Assembly: GCA_045597805.1 (NCBI GenBank)
Contig: JAZLKW010000062.1
Coordinates: 112,004 to 176,003, forward strand
Length of the DNA: 64,000 bases
Reading direction: 5' to 3'
Origin: Candidatus Avispirillum sp.
Lineage (GTDB): Bacteria > Bacillota > Clostridia > Oscillospirales > CAG-272
Part shown: piece by piece, positions 61,062-64,000 of the stretch
Layout: the number at the start of each line of letters is the position of its first letter
Numbering within the stretch: the stretch's first letter is position 1
Notes under the pieces: generated by a model
Databases searched by the model: none
Seen by the model: the letters and a program-made list of their open reading frames with translations, nothing else
What the model was told of the DNA's origin: nothing
Made by a program: the position numbers and the translations under genes

Positions 61062-64000
61062 TCAGTTGCCGAATACAGCAGTGATAGTGTAAGTGGTCTG
61101 GAGGCCCTTACCATCCTGAACAGTGATTTCCTTTACAACGTTGTTAGTGCCATCGTTGTAAATCTTGAACCAAGTGATGCTGCCGGACTTAACAGTGTCA
61201 ACGTCTTCGGGGATGGTAACGAAGGTGTGCTTCGTATCTTCGAATACGTATCTGAATGCTGCACTGTCAGCGTCAGCGGGAGCATATACGGTGATGTCGG
61301 TGCCGTTGAGTGTGATGCCGTTCATCTTACCACCGGCCTGAACACCCTCGGTGCTGTATACTACTACGATGTTGTATACTTCCTCTTCGCCTGCTGCGTT
61401 GCGGCAAGTGATGGTAGCACCGGTCGTGGGATTCTCAATGGTGATGTAAGAGAAGGTGTAGTTAGCAGACTGAGCGATCGTGCATCCGGTGAAGCCGGTG
61501 ATCTTGACCTTGCTTGCGCTATCCTTCAGAACAGCGATCTTTACGTACTCAGCGAGGTTCTGAGCGTAGATGGTGATGGTGTTGCCATCAAGAGATACGC
61601 TTCTTACCTTTTCCTTAGCGGAAGCACCGGTAAGGAACTTAAAGGTCTCAACGGGGATGACAGGGATCTCTCTCTCATCGGTTGCTGCGCCACAAGCGGA
61701 GCACTGGTACTCTTCGAGACCAGTTACAGCAGTTGTTGCCTCAGATACTACAACCCACTCGAAAGGTCCTTCATGGTTATCAGCGTCGAATCCAAGGGAC
61801 TCAGCCTCAGCGATAGTCTCGCCACAAGCGGAGCATACGGTGGACGCGGTGAAGCCTTCAGTTACACAAGTAGCGGTGATTGCGGGAGTACCCTCAATCT
61901 CTTCGCCCTCGTGGTTATCAGCGTCGAATCCAAGGGACTCAGCTGCAACGAGAGTTTCGCCACAAGCGGAGCATACGGTGGATGCGGTGAAGCCTTCGGT
62001 TGCGCAGGTAGCGGTGATTGCGGGAGTACCCTCAATCTCTTCGCCCTCGTGGTTTGCGGGATCGATAGCGATAATTTCGCCAGCCTCAACGATCTCGCCA
62101 CAATCGAGACATACAAGGTCGCCGGTGAAGCCTGTTTCTACACAGGTTGCAGCTACAGCGCCCTGGAGCTCAGTGTTCTCATGAGCACAAGCAGTTACGG
62201 TTACCTTACCGTCGAAGGGGATTACTACTGCTTCTTCAGCTTCATCGGTGATGGTGTTGTCAGCGATGATTGCAGCTGCAAGCGCATATTCGCCTTCCTC
62301 AGCGGTGAGGATCTCGAAGTTAGCATAGAATGCTACGCCGTCTTCGGTAACGTTCTCAAGGCCGTCAGCCATTACGAAGATGGTAACTACGCCGTCAGCA
62401 GCGGAAGCAGAGCTTTCGTCAACTGCGAACAGACCGCCTTCAAGGCCAGCAAATTCAAGAGCGTCTTCATCATAACCGATGGTCATTCCGATGGACCATA
62501 CGCCGTTGTTGTTAGCGAGGGTCACGGGAACGGATACGGTAGCGCCCTTAGAGCCTTCTGCCTCACCAACTACGATAGAGGTGAGCATGGGGATAACTTC
62601 TTCGCTCTCGATAGCGCCGCAGATAGTGCATACATACTGGAGGAGACCTTCAGAAGTAGCAGTTGCGGGAGTTACTACAACGGGAGCAAACTCATGGTTA
62701 CAAGCATCAACAGTTACTACTGCATCTGCTGCTTCGAAATCAACGTCAGCGCCGTCAGCATCGATGATATCGAATACTTCAAGATCTACGTTGTATTCAC
62801 CGGCTTCTCTGGGAGCCGTGTAAAGAACTGTGAAGAGAACGCCGTCCTCTGCGATGTCAACGAGATCAGCATTGTCAACGAAGATGGTAACTACGCCGTC
62901 AGCATAGCTTACGTTGTCTTCGCCGATGGTGAACAGACCGCTTTCAACACCAACATAGGTGAGGCCGTCGTCAGTAAGGGTAGCGCCTATAGCCCAGATA
63001 CCGTTGTTGTTTTCAACAGATACGGGAACCTCAACGTCAGCACCCTCGAGAACCTCGGAGCTGCCGGCAGTGATGATTGCCTGGGTGAGCGCAGGAATTT
63101 CTCTGGTTTCGATGTATTCGCCGCAAACAGGGCACTTCAGGCCTTCTTCACCTGCGACACCGATACCAGCGGGAGTGATAACTTCCCAAGTAGCGTTATC
63201 TGCATCATGTCCGAGAGCGGAAATCTCTTCGGGAGCCACAAGAACTTCGTCACAAACGGAACACTTAATACCAGCAGTAGCGCCGGCAGTGGTGCAGGTT
63301 GCGGTTACAGCGGGGATCTCAACCTCGGTGTGGCCGAGGGCAGCGATCTCAACGTCTGCCTCTACGATTTCTTCGCAATCGTCGCAGACGATGTTCTTAA
63401 GACCAGTCTCAGTACAAGTAGGATTGAGAGTGATAACTTCGTGGGTGTTAACATGATCGCAGGGCAGAGCCTCACCGGTAATGGTGATGGAACCGTCAAC
63501 ACACTGGAAAGGAACGGAAAAGTTCTTTGCATTGGATACACCGTCATCAAGGTCAGACATGATCATGATGTCGTATACAGTACCGGGTCTTGCGTTATCG
63601 GGAATCTGGAAGGATACCGTGTAGAGCAGACCGTTGCCGTAGAACTGATCCGAAGGAGACTCGGGCATGAACACAACGGTGGTCCAGCACTTATCAGGAT
63701 TGTTCTCAGGAACAAAGTTGAAGGAGCTGAACGCATACTTCATAGTATCGTTGGTGTTCTGCTTGCCGCTGGTGTAATCCAGGCCGATGTCACCGGTGTT
63801 GATAGCAGTCTGGTCCCAGAATACATAACCGTTGACAGCAGGACCGGTCATGGTCAGAGCCTTATCGTAAACGATAACGTTTGCAACACCCCATACACCG
63901 ATGTTCGCAGTCTCGGTTGCATCGGAATCGTCCTCATCGTTATTGAGCATGTAAACGGGAACCTCAACGATGCGGTTCTCGGAAGCAGCATCGATGGTAA
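61062..64000 (-). CDS. Large cohesin-module-containing (scaffoldin-like) surface protein with Cys-rich linker modules; N-terminus lies outside the window
   Basis: The frame stays open to the window edge. At least three cohesin-like modules, for example GADVEVPVSVENNNGIWAIGATLT...DGVLFTVLY and GATVSVPVTLANNNGVWSIGMTIGYDEDAL. Repeated [TC-x3-G-x5-C-x2-C ... GH] units. Confidence 0.65.
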   Translation of the reverse strand, partial: TIDAASENRIVEVPVYMLNNDEDDSDATETANIGVWGVANVIVYDKALTMTGPAVNGYVFWDQTAINTGDIGLDYTSGKQNTNDTMKYAFSSFNFVPENNPDKCWTTVVFMPESPSDQFYGNGLLYTVSFQIPDNARPGTVYDIMIMSDLDDGVSNAKNFSVPFQCVDGSITITGEALPCDHVNTHEVITLNPTCTETGLKNIVCDDCEEIVEADVEIAALGHTEVEIPAVTATCTTAGATAGIKCSVCDEVLVAPEEISALGHDADNATWEVITPAGIGVAGEEGLKCPVCGEYIETREIPALTQAIITAGSSEVLEGADVEVPVSVENNNGIWAIGATLTDDGLTYVGVESGLFTIGEDNVSYADGVVTIFVDNADLVDIAEDGVLFTVLYTAPREAGEYNVDLEVFDIIDADGADVDFEAADAVVTVDACNHEFAPVVVTPATATSEGLLQYVCTICGAIESEEVIPMLTSIVVGEAEGSKGATVSVPVTLANNNGVWSIGMTIGYDEDALEFAGLEGGLFAVDESSASAADGVVTIFVMADGLENVTEDGVAFYANFEILTAEEGEYALAAAIIADNTITDEAEEAVVIPFDGKVTVTACAHENTELQGAVAATCVETGFTGDLVCLDCGEIVEAGEIIAIDPANHEGEEIEGTPAITATCATEGFTASTVCSACGETLVAAESLGFDADNHEGEEIEGTPAITATCVTEGFTASTVCSACGETIAEAESLGFDADNHEGPFEWVVVSEATTAVTGLEEYQCSACGAATDEREIPVIPVETFKFLTGASAKEKVRSVSLDGNTITIYAQNLAEYVKIAVLKDSASKVKITGFTGCTIAQSANYTFSYITIENPTTGATITCRNAAGEEEVYNIVVVYSTEGVQAGGKMNGITLNGTDITVYAPADADSAAFRYVFEDTKHTFVTIPEDVDTVKSGSITWFKIYNDGTNNVVKEITVQDGKGLQTTYTITAVFGN
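61774..62049 (-). repeat. 2 x 138-bp near-identical in-frame tandem repeat (46-aa unit NHEGEEIEGTPAITATC.TEGFTASTVCSACGET...SLGFDAD)
   Basis: The period of 138 nt was verified at 61774, 61912 and 62050. Confidence 0.85.

Overview
The window looks like chromosomal DNA from a Clostridia-class Firmicute. A Ruminococcus-like, cellulosome-bearing organism is likely, because one partial gene encodes cohesin-like modules and two secreted proteins carry dockerins. Most of the window is densely packed housekeeping or accessory metabolism: glyQS (partial), rsmA, xth, corA, tgt, the miaB-ylbF-mutS-mutL block, xylAB, one tRNA-Gln, and many rho-independent terminators and sigma-70-type promoters readable by eye. 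I saw no rRNA, convincing CRISPR array, cas gene, integrase, transposase or recognisable defence system.

Five accessory regions stand out:
1. A ~120-150 nt structured leader occurs twice (2980-3102 and 5395-5540), each time directly upstream of an unrelated gene start. One compensatory base-pair change is consistent with a conserved helix. It may be an undescribed cis-regulatory RNA.
2. A ketohexose-type operon (dockerin/DUF4838 protein, DTE/DPE-family 3-epimerase, PfkB kinase, class II aldolase) is interrupted by an AT-rich DUF559 endonuclease cassette bounded by 18-bp inverted repeats.
3. One 1071-aa gene fuses a secreted GH5 endoglucanase to a BcsA-like processive GT2 synthase. Its C-terminal PilZ-position domain lacks canonical c-di-GMP motifs by eye. 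A large anchored protein of unknown function follows it.
4. tRNA-Gln has a duplicated 3' end 159 bp downstream, which looks like an att scar, and a 67-bp tandem repeat upstream.
5. A Wzx/Wzy-type EPS locus with pyruvyl transferase and an FrhB-like Fe-S protein lies beside the cohesin-bearing scaffoldin-like gene.

All functional calls rest on motif recognition and my memory of protein families. No database search was run.
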